64,000 nucleotides of DNA from Planctomycetota bacterium (GTDB lineage: Bacteria; Planctomycetota; Phycisphaerae; SM23-33). Position numbers and translations under genes: made by a program. A model generated the notes under the pieces. The model worked only from the letters and a program-made list of their open reading frames with translations, ran no database searches and was not told where the DNA came from. The DNA lies in the NCBI GenBank assembly GCA_009908915.1, contig JAAAOJ010000018.1:6282-70281 (forward strand), written 5' to 3'. Shown here in pieces: positions 9,747 through 17,961 of the stretch. The first letter of the stretch is position 1, and each line of letters begins with the position of its first letter.

Positions 9747-9779
9747 TTGCGGCGGGCGGCGATGTGGCATACAATTTGC
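9747..9779 (+). promoter_or_regulatory. overlapping sigma-70-like promoter (TTGCGG-N17-TACAAT) and sigma-54 -24/-12 element (TGGCAT-N5-TTGC) upstream of rpoN
   Basis: Sequence reads cgcTTGCGGcgggcggcgatgTGGCATACAATTTGCgg. GG and GC have the canonical spacing. The -10 hexamer lies inside the sigma-54 spacer. The site is 67 nt upstream of the rpoN ATG. Confidence 0.5.
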
Positions 9780-9845
9780 GGTAAACTCGTTCCGATGCAT
9801 GCGTGGACTCGCGTGTGCGGCCCTGTCTTCACTGTCGGTAATGTC

Positions 9846-11708
9846 ATGCGTTTAGACCAATCCCAACAACTTCGCCTCAGCCAGGAGATGAAACTCTCGC
9901 CACGGATGATCCAGGCGATGGAGATTCTCCAGCTTCCCATGATGGCCTTGCAGGAGCGCATCGAGGCCGAGATGGAGTCTAACCCGGTTCTGGAACTGGC
10001 CGAAACCACCGATGAACCGGCCGATCTGGACGTGGACCACGACGCCGATCGCGGGGAGCGGGAACTCGTGGTCGAAGGCGAAAACGGCGAGGCGGACTTC
10101 GATCGCATGGACCGCATGGCGGCCGAGTACGGCGAAGAGGTCTTCGACTCCGACGCGTCGAGCGGCCGCGGCAGCTACAACACGGCCGCCTCCGACGCCA
10201 AGCAGGGCGCGATGGAGAACTCGGCAGCCCGGGGGGAATCACTGAACGAGTATCTGCATGAGCAATGGACGTTTGTGGAGGCCGACGAGGCGATTCACAA
10301 GGCCGGCTCGCTGATCATCGAGCACATCGACGACGACGGGTACATCCGCACGCCGCTGGAGGAACTCGTCGAACTGGCCAACCGGGCCGTGGCAGCCTCT
10401 CGACAATGGGAAGCCTTGCAGGACACGGGCGATACGCCGGGCGCAACGGCCGGTAACGGCGAGCCCGATACGACAACAGACTTCGCGTCGGACGAGACGA
10501 TGAGCGATGAGCACGCCGCAGCTCCGAGTGCCAGCGGAGAACTCAACCTCGATCGTACCGTTGAACTTGACCGGCAGCGCGGCGAAGCACCTGCTCCGAC
10601 GCGTCCGCCTGCGGAGACGGACACCCGGCAACACGGTCGACGTGCTGCCGCACCGCGCACAACGCCTGGTTCGCCCCGGACGGACAATGCTGCACCGCGC
10701 GAAACGAGCATTGAGACGGGAACAACGCCAGAGGCGTGTACTGATGGGACAGCACCGCACAACGCATCCCCACCGTCCTACTCACGAGGAACGTTCGAGC
10801 AGGCGTTGCGGCTGGTCCAGACGCTCGATCCGACCGGCGTGGGCGCCCGCAACCTGCGCGAGTGCCTGCTGATTCAGCTCAACGTCAAGGAAGTCGCCGG
10901 CGAAGACGTCGCCCTGCCAAAGATGCTGGCCGGCGGCTATCTGCGTGAGATCGAGACAAACCAACTGCCGAAGATCGCCAAGCGAAGCGGCATGGACATC
11001 GACGAGATCAAACGCGGCATCGAGGCGCTGTCGCACCTGAATCCGCATCCGGGCCACCTCATCGGCGACCGCGAGGTGCCCACCATCGAACCGGACGTCT
11101 ACGTCGACCTCGACGAGAACGGCCAGGCCGTCGTCACGATGTCCGAAGCGAACGTGCCGGCTCTGGTGATCAACGAGTACTATCGTCAGGCCGCCCGCGA
11201 CCGCCGCACCGACCGCGACGCACGGCAGTTCCTGCGCAAGAACATCCGCTCGGCAAACTGGTTAATCTCCGCGATCGCGCAGAGGCGACACACGATTCGC
11301 CGCGTGGCCGAGGAGGTCTTCAAGGTTCAATGCGACTTCCTCGAAAACGGACGCGAAGCCCTCAAGCCCCTGCCGATGGCCGATATCGCCGAGACGGTCG
11401 GCGTACACGTGGCCACCGTCAGCCGGGCCGTCGCCGACAAGTACGCCCTCACGCCCCAAGGCATCGTGCCGCTGCGAATGTTCTTCTCCGGCGGGACGAA
11501 GACCGCCGACGGCGAGGATATGAGCTGGGACGCCGTGAAGGCCAAGCTCAAGGACCTCGTCGACAACGAGGACACATCCAAGCCCCTCAGCGACAAAGCC
11601 CTCGCCAAGGCCCTACAGGCCGGCGGCATCGACATCGCACGGCGCACCGTCGCGAAGTACCGAGACCAGCTCGACATCCCCACGGCCCGCAAACGGAAAC
11701 AGTATTGA
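9846..11708 (+). CDS. rpoN: RNA polymerase sigma-54 factor RpoN
   Basis: Region I MRLDQSQQLRLSQEMKLSPRMIQAMEILQLPMMALQERI, an acidic region II, a core-binding segment (LDPTGVGARNLRECLLIQL), an HTH and the RpoN box ARRTVAKYR. 620 aa. The upstream part of ORF 8919..11708 is not coding. Confidence 0.95.
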   Translation: MRLDQSQQLRLSQEMKLSPRMIQAMEILQLPMMALQERIEAEMESNPVLELAETTDEPADLDVDHDADRGERELVVEGENGEADFDRMDRMAAEYGEEVFDSDASSGRGSYNTAASDAKQGAMENSAARGESLNEYLHEQWTFVEADEAIHKAGSLIIEHIDDDGYIRTPLEELVELANRAVAASRQWEALQDTGDTPGATAGNGEPDTTTDFASDETMSDEHAAAPSASGELNLDRTVELDRQRGEAPAPTRPPAETDTRQHGRRAAAPRTTPGSPRTDNAAPRETSIETGTTPEACTDGTAPHNASPPSYSRGTFEQALRLVQTLDPTGVGARNLRECLLIQLNVKEVAGEDVALPKMLAGGYLREIETNQLPKIAKRSGMDIDEIKRGIEALSHLNPHPGHLIGDREVPTIEPDVYVDLDENGQAVVTMSEANVPALVINEYYRQAARDRRTDRDARQFLRKNIRSANWLISAIAQRRHTIRRVAEEVFKVQCDFLENGREALKPLPMADIAETVGVHVATVSRAVADKYALTPQGIVPLRMFFSGGTKTADGEDMSWDAVKAKLKDLVDNEDTSKPLSDKALAKALQAGGIDIARRTVAKYRDQLDIPTARKRKQY

Positions 11709-11874
11709 CCCGCGGCCGAACCGCCTGCATCACGTTCACTGCTGAGCCTGTCGACGACGCGGCTGTAGCACCGTGGCGGTCATGATGCTCGTGTGGCACA
11801 TGATCTACCGGTCTTCGGCCAATTGAGTAGCTTCGCCCCCCCGACTCCAACCGCTCCCGGGATTCTCGCTCCGC

Positions 11875-13146
11875 TCATTGCCAGCGGCGTATGACGATGG
11901 CGGTAATATCGTCGGCCTGCGACGTGCCGACGGTGTGGCGGTCGACGGCTAGGCGGAGTCCGTTAACAATCTCGGCGGCCGAGCGGTCGGACGTCGCCCG
12001 GAGCTGATCGATCATGCCGGGCACGCCGAACATCTCGTCGTCGGCATCCGGCGCCTCGAAAATCCCGTCCGTCGTCACCACCGCCAGGTCGCCGGGCTCG
12101 AACCGGAAGGTCTCGACGGCCTCGAAGGCCGTATCCGGCAGGATGCCAAGCGGCACGTCGGTGGCGCCGACTTCCTCAAAGCTCTCCTCGCCGCGGCGGT
12201 AGAAGATCATCGGGCCATGGCCGGCCGACGCCCAGGTAAGCGTCGCCGAGGCCGGATCGAGAATGCCGAAGAAACAGGTGACGAATCGGCTACCGTCGAG
12301 GTCCTCGACCAGCAGGCGATTGGCCGTGGCGAGTACGCGGCAGACACGGCACTCGGCGGATTCGGCCAGCATTGCCGAGGCGCGAAGCATGGCCCGCGTT
12401 TCGGCGATGACCAGCGCCGGACCGATGCCGTGGCCGGTCGCGTCGGCGACCACGAAGCCCCACTGTCCGTCCGGCAGCGGGATGAAATCGAACGTATCGC
12501 CTCCGGTCTCATCGGCGGGATCGCTGCGGCCGGCCGCGTCGAAGCCGTCGATCCACGGTGCCGACTTGGGCAGCAGGCCCTGCTGGATGTCCTGGGCGAT
12601 CTGCATGGCCCGCTCCATCTCCTGCTTGCGGGCGTAGTGCTCCATGAGCTGCGCCCGCTGGACGGCCACGCCGGCCTGGGCCGCCAGGGCCTCGGCGAGG
12701 GCGACGTCCTGGTCAGTAATGTCGCCGGTAAGGTTGAGCACCTGCAGCACGCCGTTGACGCGGCCTTCGAAATCGCTAAGGGGCACGGACATGAGGTTCC
12801 GCGTGCGGAAGCCGGTCTGGCGGTCGACCTCGGGGTTGAACCTCGCGTCGGCGTAGGCGTCCTGGCAGACGATGGTGTGGGTGGCCTGGACGGCCTCGCC
12901 GCAGAAACCCTTGTCGGCGGGCACGCGGAGTTCGTCAACGCCGGTCGCCACGCGCGTGACAAGCTCGTGCCGCTCGACATCGTGCAGCCATACCGTGCCG
13001 CGCTCCGCCTGCAGTAATGCGAGGCTGCGGTCGACGATCAGCGTCAGCAGTTCGTCGAGGTCGCCGGCGGCTCCCATGGCCCGGGTGATTTCCAGGACCT
13101 GGTCGAGCCCGCGCGGCGCGTTCTGTTCATCGTCTGTCATGGACAT
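11875..13146 (-). CDS. GAF domain-containing SpoIIE/PP2C-family protein phosphatase
   Basis: N-terminal GAF-like region, then PP2C/SpoIIE motifs: GGDTFDFIPLPDG, VADATGHGIGPAL, WASAGHGP, VVTTDGIFEA and DDITAIVIRR. Confidence 0.85.
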   Translation of the reverse strand: MSMTDDEQNAPRGLDQVLEITRAMGAAGDLDELLTLIVDRSLALLQAERGTVWLHDVERHELVTRVATGVDELRVPADKGFCGEAVQATHTIVCQDAYADARFNPEVDRQTGFRTRNLMSVPLSDFEGRVNGVLQVLNLTGDITDQDVALAEALAAQAGVAVQRAQLMEHYARKQEMERAMQIAQDIQQGLLPKSAPWIDGFDAAGRSDPADETGGDTFDFIPLPDGQWGFVVADATGHGIGPALVIAETRAMLRASAMLAESAECRVCRVLATANRLLVEDLDGSRFVTCFFGILDPASATLTWASAGHGPMIFYRRGEESFEEVGATDVPLGILPDTAFEAVETFRFEPGDLAVVTTDGIFEAPDADDEMFGVPGMIDQLRATSDRSAAEIVNGLRLAVDRHTVGTSQADDITAIVIRRWQ

Positions 13147-13177
13147 GCGTTTGTGCCTCTGGCGTCCGGCTACCTAT

Positions 13178-13261
13178 CTCAATACCCCGCACGCAAGGGA
13201 GAAGCGTTGACGCTCTCGGAGACGAGGGCTAGACCATACTCAATACCCCGCACGCAAGGGA
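13178..13261. repeat. 23-nt perfect direct repeat (ctcaataccccgcacgcaaggga) with 61-nt period, upstream of the GAF-PP2C gene
   Basis: Copies at 13178-13200 and 13239-13261, lying 32 and 93 nt from the divergent ATG at 13146. Confidence 0.8.
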
Positions 13262-13403
13262 AAAGCAAGCCCTCGCTGCTTGTGGCCTGAACGGACGCGT
13301 TGCTTGCCTGGAGCCCTCTGTGGCGACAAAAGAGGCGACGGGCCCGTCCTGCGCCTCTCGAAGGGGCTCCGAGCCGGTGACAGTCTTTGCCGGCGCCCGA
13401 AAA

Positions 13404-13448
13404 CCCTCTCTGACCTGCTGGGCAGGCCATCTCTACCCAAAGGGAGAG
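13404..13448 (+). repeat. REP-like hairpin element (CTCTCCC-N4-GGGAGAG family)
   Basis: ccctctctgacctgctgggcaggccatctctacccaaagggagag aligns with the copies at 20889, 45294 and 54828. Confidence 0.6.
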
Positions 13449-13664
13449 ACGTTTGAATGCGTTTGTCCTTGCCCGGCCTTCCTTCTGCCGCCTCCGCGGC
13501 CGGAAAAATGCATCCGCCCGCACGACCGCCTGCATACCAAGGGCTTGGGGCCTCGGTCGGGGCGACCGCAACCGCTTGTGCCCCCCGGGTCGTAACTACC
13601 GCTGCAAGCGAGACAACCTCGCCGGAGGCCTCAAGTTGTGCCGGCAGAGGCGACGATAATGACT

Positions 13665-13850
13665 CTAGCAGCCCGTTTAGAAGCAAATCACGTCGTGTCG
13701 AAGTAAATCGCATCGCGAGGTCAAGGCGCTTTGCCGAGCATCACGGAACGGAAACGCAGGCGAATTGGGAAATTCGTCGAGTGTTCGCGACGATGACGCA
13801 CAGGCAAACAGCCCGGCCGCGGCCGCGACAGCTTCCTAGACGGCTACCAG
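13665..13850 (+). repeat. MITE-like intergenic element, copy B
   Basis: Starts CTAGCAGCCCGTTTAGA and ends CCTAGACGGCTACCAG, a degenerate inverted repeat. The core atcgcgaggtcaaggcgctttgccgagcatca...gcaggcgaattgggaaattcgtcgag...ttcgcgacgatgacgcacaggc is shared with copies C, E and F. Confidence 0.8.
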
Positions 13851-13903
13851 GAGACCTTGCGTCTTGGAATCGGCATGGAAGCCCGGAAGGCAAAGGACGA
13901 CCA

Positions 13904-14479
13904 ATGACCAAGCGCGAACTCATTGATGCGATCGTGGATATCAACCCCACCGCGATGCCGGAGTTCCTCGCACGCTTCAGCGATCTGGCCCTGCATGAAT
14001 ACTACGAACACCTCTGCGCCGCCCGCCAGCCCCGGCCGGCCGGTCACGGAGAACGCTACGAACAGTACTTCGGCGACCCCGCTGCGACGCCCTCGCCGCA
14101 GAGCCAGAGCATCGCCGTCGCGCAGGTAGCCGACGACCTCGACGAAACCGACGAGGAACTGACCCGACTGCTGGCCGAACGGGCTCACCGTGCGCTGAAC
14201 CATCTTCTCGACGATGTCGATCCCGCCGCGGCTCTCGTCTATGCCGAGGACTTCGACGACCCGGCCCCCGTCACCCAACGGGCCGCGAACCCCGGCGATC
14301 CCTATCCGCTCGAACTCGACGACCTCTCGGACGACGATCCGATGGCCGACATCGGGCTCTCGCCGCACCGCACCGTCGACGCTCAGCCCGAACCTATCGG
14401 AGCCGCCGCCGGTTGCGAGCAGACGAAGCAAACCATCAGCCGGCTAAGCGAACTCAAGCAGGAACGAAGCCTCTTTTAG
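13904..14479 (+). CDS. hypothetical acidic protein
   Basis: 191 aa from MTKRELIDAIVDINPTAMPEFLARF, with AGGA 7 nt upstream. The upstream part of ORF 13457..14479 runs through repeat elements and is not credible. Confidence 0.55.
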   Translation: MTKRELIDAIVDINPTAMPEFLARFSDLALHEYYEHLCAARQPRPAGHGERYEQYFGDPAATPSPQSQSIAVAQVADDLDETDEELTRLLAERAHRALNHLLDDVDPAAALVYAEDFDDPAPVTQRAANPGDPYPLELDDLSDDDPMADIGLSPHRTVDAQPEPIGAAAGCEQTKQTISRLSELKQERSLF

Positions 14480-14571
14480 CAGTCCCCTGCCCTGCCGCAG
14501 ACCGGCCGACAGCGGCCCGCCCCGGGCATCCGGCACCACCGGAGATTTTCTCTCATTTGCCGTAAACCGCA

Positions 14572-14599
14572 TTGACACGCCAGCGATACAATATATACT
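14572..14599 (+). promoter_or_regulatory. sigma-70-type promoter for tRNA-Asp (TTGACA-N16-TATACT)
   Basis: Sequence reads aTTGACAcgccagcgatacaatatATACTg. The consensus -35 lies about 90 nt upstream of the tRNA 5' end. Confidence 0.55.
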
Positions 14600-14665
14600 G
14601 ACCTGTCCGATTCGGGGCGGCACGCCACCTGTTTTCCCGGCGGCTCGATGGACCGCCCCCGATCC

Positions 14666-14727
<62 letters not shown>

Positions 14728-14740
<13 letters not shown>

Positions 14741-15050
14741 TGCCCGGCTGCTTGCAGTCGGGCTTTTCTTTTGCGCTCACGGCTGCCGTCTCACCCGACA
14801 AGGGATTCGAACACGCCGCGGCTGCGAGTCCGCGAGCAGACGCACGGCGGGTACGCCGCCCAAGGCGCTCACGCAGTGACTTCCCGTCAGCCTCGTGCCC
14901 GGCTGCTTGCAGTCGGGCTTTTCTTTTGCGCTCACGGCTGCCGTCTCACCCGACAAGGGATTCGAACACGCCGCGGCTGCGAGTCCGCGAGCAGACGCAC
15001 GGCGGGTACGCCGCCCAAGGCGCTCACGCAGTGACTTCCCGTCAGCCTCG
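14728..15050 (+). repeat. 155-bp tandem direct repeat (2 full units plus a 13-nt third start) beginning in the last 13 nt of tRNA-Asp
   Basis: cccgtcagcctcg occurs at 14728, 14883 and 15038, and the two intervening 142-nt segments are identical as read. Each unit carries the terminator hairpin and an inverted tRNA-3'-end-like piece, tcacccgacaagggattcgaac. Confidence 0.9.
14742..14772 (+). terminator. intrinsic terminator after tRNA-Asp (duplicated at 14897-14927)
   Basis: Stem GCCCGGCTG / CAGTCGGGC (one G-U pair), loop CTTG, followed by TTTTCTTTT. Confidence 0.7.
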
Positions 15051-15118
15051 ACACCGCTGACAGCCACCCCGAATGACAGCCGTTGCGGCGACGCCCTTCC
15101 GGCTGCTACCATGCGCCC

Positions 15119-15481
15119 ATGCCCGCACGTTTCGTCATCCTCGCCCACAGCGGCCACGGCCCCCTGCACTACGACCTGATGCTGCAGCAGGGCGACGCCC
15201 TGGCGACGTGGCAGTTCGAGGCCGACCCCACGACGGTTGACAGCAGCGGTCTGCCCGGCCGGCGCATCGCCGGCCACCGCACGGCCTACCTGGACTATGA
15301 AGGCCCCGTCAGCGGCGGTCGCGGGGAGGTCCGTCGCACCGAGGCCGGCACGTGGGAACCAACCGAAACCGCCGAGGACTGCTGGCGATTCGCGTTGACC
15401 GGCCGTCGGATAGACGGCCGCTACGAGCTCCGGCGCGACCGCGAGCAGGCCAACACCTGGACGCTCCGGCGCCTTTCGTGA
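15119..15481 (+). CDS. LigD_N-type (DNA ligase D 3'-phosphoesterase-like) domain protein
   Basis: FVILAHSGHGPLHYDLMLQ...ATWQF...GHRTAYLDYEGPVSGGRGEV...GRYELRR matches the pattern of the standalone LigD N-terminal/PE domain family. Start taken at MPARFVIL. Confidence 0.6.
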   Translation: MPARFVILAHSGHGPLHYDLMLQQGDALATWQFEADPTTVDSSGLPGRRIAGHRTAYLDYEGPVSGGRGEVRRTEAGTWEPTETAEDCWRFALTGRRIDGRYELRRDREQANTWTLRRLS

Positions 15482-15710
15482 AGAGGCCTTCCGGAGGATC
15501 GCATCGGTTCGGGACAATCCGTATCTGAGGACCGAAGGCCCGGCAGCGGAAGCCCACGGAACCTGACGTCCAACATCACGAGTCCCAAGGGGCGACAGAA
15601 CCGATAGCTTGCGACAGTGTCGCCCTGCCAGCACCTGGGCATTTGAGGCATTCGCTCCCGCGCGGATGCATCCGTTTGCGCTGTGGCGTTCCTCGTGATA
15701 CCATGTACCC

Positions 15711-15992
15711 ATGCATCGAGTTACGCATGTCGATATCAGGGACGGCTACTGCCTTGACCTGACATTTGCCGATGGTACCCGCGGCCCGGTTGACCTGTCC
15801 GACCTCGTCGGGCGTGGCGTCTTTGCGGTGTGGAATGACCGTACGGCCTTCGCGAACGTCTGCATCGGTGAGGGCGGGGAACTCCTCTGGGGCGACGCAC
15901 TGGACCTCTGCCCCGATTCACTCTACCTCCGCGTCACAGGCAAACGGCCGAAAGGTATCTGTCGTCTGTTACCAATCGAACCGCTGAGTTGA
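15711..15992 (+). CDS. DUF2442 domain-containing protein
   Basis: 93 aa. The pattern VTHVDIRDGYCLDLTFADGTRGPVDLSDLVGRGVFAVWNDRTAFANVCIGEGGELLWGDALDLCPDSLY fits the DUF2442 pattern. No DUF4160 partner was seen upstream. Confidence 0.6.
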   Translation: MHRVTHVDIRDGYCLDLTFADGTRGPVDLSDLVGRGVFAVWNDRTAFANVCIGEGGELLWGDALDLCPDSLYLRVTGKRPKGICRLLPIEPLS

Positions 15993-16041
15993 CCAACAGC
16001 GAGTCCGGGCTGCAGGCACGTCTGCCACGCTGTCGGTCGCT

Positions 16042-16797
16042 CTAGTCGTTTTCCGGGGCCGGGACGAAATGGATCGTCAGCGTCTGCTCGTCGATCTCGA
16101 TATCGCGGATGCGTTTGGGGCGGCTCTCGACGATGGGCAGTCGTGTCGGCAGCGGCTTGCCGCCGATGCCGCTGATCAGCCGGCCGACGATCAGGTCCAG
16201 ATCCTGCAGCGACGGTTCATTGCGTTCTCCGCCAACCCCGCCGATCGCGCCCTGCACCTCCTCCAGCGATCCGCTGACAAACCCTCGCGGCAGCGGCAGC
16301 AGGCCCACGCGAACGCCGTCGAGTTTCACATACAGCCACGCGTCATCGGTGAACTCGAACACCAGGTCCAGGGAGACGATCTTGTTGCCCTTCTTCGTGC
16401 GCACCATCAGCGTCAGCGTATCCGGCTGCATGTCGACCACCGGATCGGCGATGCCCACCTTGTCCATAGCGGCCACCAGTTCGCTCGACTTGCGGGCAAC
16501 CTCGTCCTTGCTATAGGCGAGGAAGGCAATCTCATCCAGTGAGGCAAGATACTCGTTCATCTCCTCCTCGTGGATGGTGAAGCTGAAGGGCTTGATGTCG
16601 CCAAGGCCGTTGACGAGTTCCCTCATTATCCGCGTCCCGAAGCGGTTGGCCACGCCCCGCTGATCCTCGTTGCGGAGTTGATACGGCTCCCACTCATCCG
16701 GACGCGAACTGGCCAGCAGAAACGCCACTGCCGTCAGGAACATCAGGACGAACAGTATGATCAACCCGGCCCAGCCAAGGAGTGTCTTGCTCTTCAT
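16042..16797 (-). CDS. hypothetical membrane-anchored protein
   Basis: 251 aa with an N-terminal TM (LLGWAGLIILFVLMFLTAVAFLLA). Codon usage is consistent with its neighbours. No recognisable motif. Confidence 0.55.
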   Translation of the reverse strand: MKSKTLLGWAGLIILFVLMFLTAVAFLLASSRPDEWEPYQLRNEDQRGVANRFGTRIMRELVNGLGDIKPFSFTIHEEEMNEYLASLDEIAFLAYSKDEVARKSSELVAAMDKVGIADPVVDMQPDTLTLMVRTKKGNKIVSLDLVFEFTDDAWLYVKLDGVRVGLLPLPRGFVSGSLEEVQGAIGGVGGERNEPSLQDLDLIVGRLISGIGGKPLPTRLPIVESRPKRIRDIEIDEQTLTIHFVPAPEND

Positions 16798-16857
16798 CGT
16801 CTGCCTGTCTCTGCGTGGTCCCAGTGGTGCTTTCGCCAGAGGGACAATTCTCAGGCG

Positions 16858-17871
16858 TCACTCGCCGCTTGTCAATTGAAGACCGTAGAAGCGCCGCACG
16901 AGCCCGCGATACTCAGCCGGCACGCGTCCTCTGCCCAGTTGCTCGGCCGCCCGCGCCCGCGCCGCCGACCACGCGTCGTCAAAGCCCCGCGTCGGCGACA
17001 TGGCATCGCCGGTCCCGCTGGCCTCGCCGGCCGTGGCGGCGTAGGCCGGGTCGAACACCCGAACCTCCTGTCGTTCGCCCGGTTGCAGATCTCCCTCAGC
17101 GGGAGCCTCGCCGCCGTCACGTCTCGCCCCGCCGCCGTCCAGGCCGGCCGCGGTGGCGATATCCTCCGGCACGGCCCGACCGATCTGGACGCCCTCGCGC
17201 TCAAGCCGGGCCAGAACATCACGAAGCTCTTCGGCGTTCTCAAGCTCGACAAGCTCGGCCGCTCGCCTCAACCGCTCCGCCGCCTCGGGCCCGGCCGTCT
17301 CGGCCGCCGCTCGGAAGCTCTCGGCCACCGCATCACGCCTGGCCTGCGTTGCCCCGTCGAGCACGGCCAGCAGCCGTTCGACCGTCGAGTTGCCGCGTCG
17401 CGCGGCGGCGGCCACGCCCAGGATGGCCACGAGCAGACCGACGACAACCAGCGTTGCCGGCGTACGGGCGGTGTGCCGCCAGAGGGCCAGCCGCGGCGGC
17501 ACGGCATGGATCGCATCCGACGCCTGGCGGCATACGTGCTGGGCCGCCGGCGTCACATCGCCCCTGGCTTCCAGTTCAACGGCCGTCGTCAGTCGCTCGC
17601 GCAGAGCGCATCGCCGGTCCAGCAGCCTGGCGGTCGCCGCCGGAGACACCCCGCGAGCAAGTGCGTACAACGCACCGACCAGCGCCCCGCCCGGCAGGGC
17701 CAGCACGGCCCAGACGCCGATTGCCTCCCGGCCCGCCACCAGCCCCACGACCAACGCCGCAACGGCCGCCAACCCCCCGACGATGCCGCCGACCGCCGCC
17801 GCCTCGGCCGCGCGCACCCAGAGCAGTCGTCTCGTCCACCCCCGCAGGTTGTTCGTCACGCGTGCTGTCAT
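16858..17871 (-). CDS. hypothetical membrane protein
   Basis: 337 aa with several Ala/Gly/Val-rich TM segments near the N-terminus and a soluble Ala/Arg/Glu-rich C-terminal part ending VPAEYRGLVRRFYG. Confidence 0.5.
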   Translation of the reverse strand: MTARVTNNLRGWTRRLLWVRAAEAAAVGGIVGGLAAVAALVVGLVAGREAIGVWAVLALPGGALVGALYALARGVSPAATARLLDRRCALRERLTTAVELEARGDVTPAAQHVCRQASDAIHAVPPRLALWRHTARTPATLVVVGLLVAILGVAAAARRGNSTVERLLAVLDGATQARRDAVAESFRAAAETAGPEAAERLRRAAELVELENAEELRDVLARLEREGVQIGRAVPEDIATAAGLDGGGARRDGGEAPAEGDLQPGERQEVRVFDPAYAATAGEASGTGDAMSPTRGFDDAWSAARARAAEQLGRGRVPAEYRGLVRRFYGLQLTSGE

Positions 17872-17961
17872 CTTGTGATGAAACCCGTTGCCGCCGGCCA
17901 GGTTCTTCCCGGCCTGTGATCCACAGACAGTCTATCGCGAATCGCCCGCCGTTAGAATACA

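Noticed and set aside
8919-9845. N-terminal 309 codons of the 929-aa ORF that ends as rpoN
   Set aside because: RpoN region I begins at the ATG at 9846. The upstream part overlaps the radical SAM and membrane-protein genes on the opposite strand, and it is Arg/Pro-rich with no motifs.
14777-15712. 311-aa minus-strand ORF downstream of tRNA-Asp
   Set aside because: It reads through the 155-bp tandem repeat, which produces repeated peptide blocks, and through the antisense of the LigD_N-like gene. There is no start context or homology.
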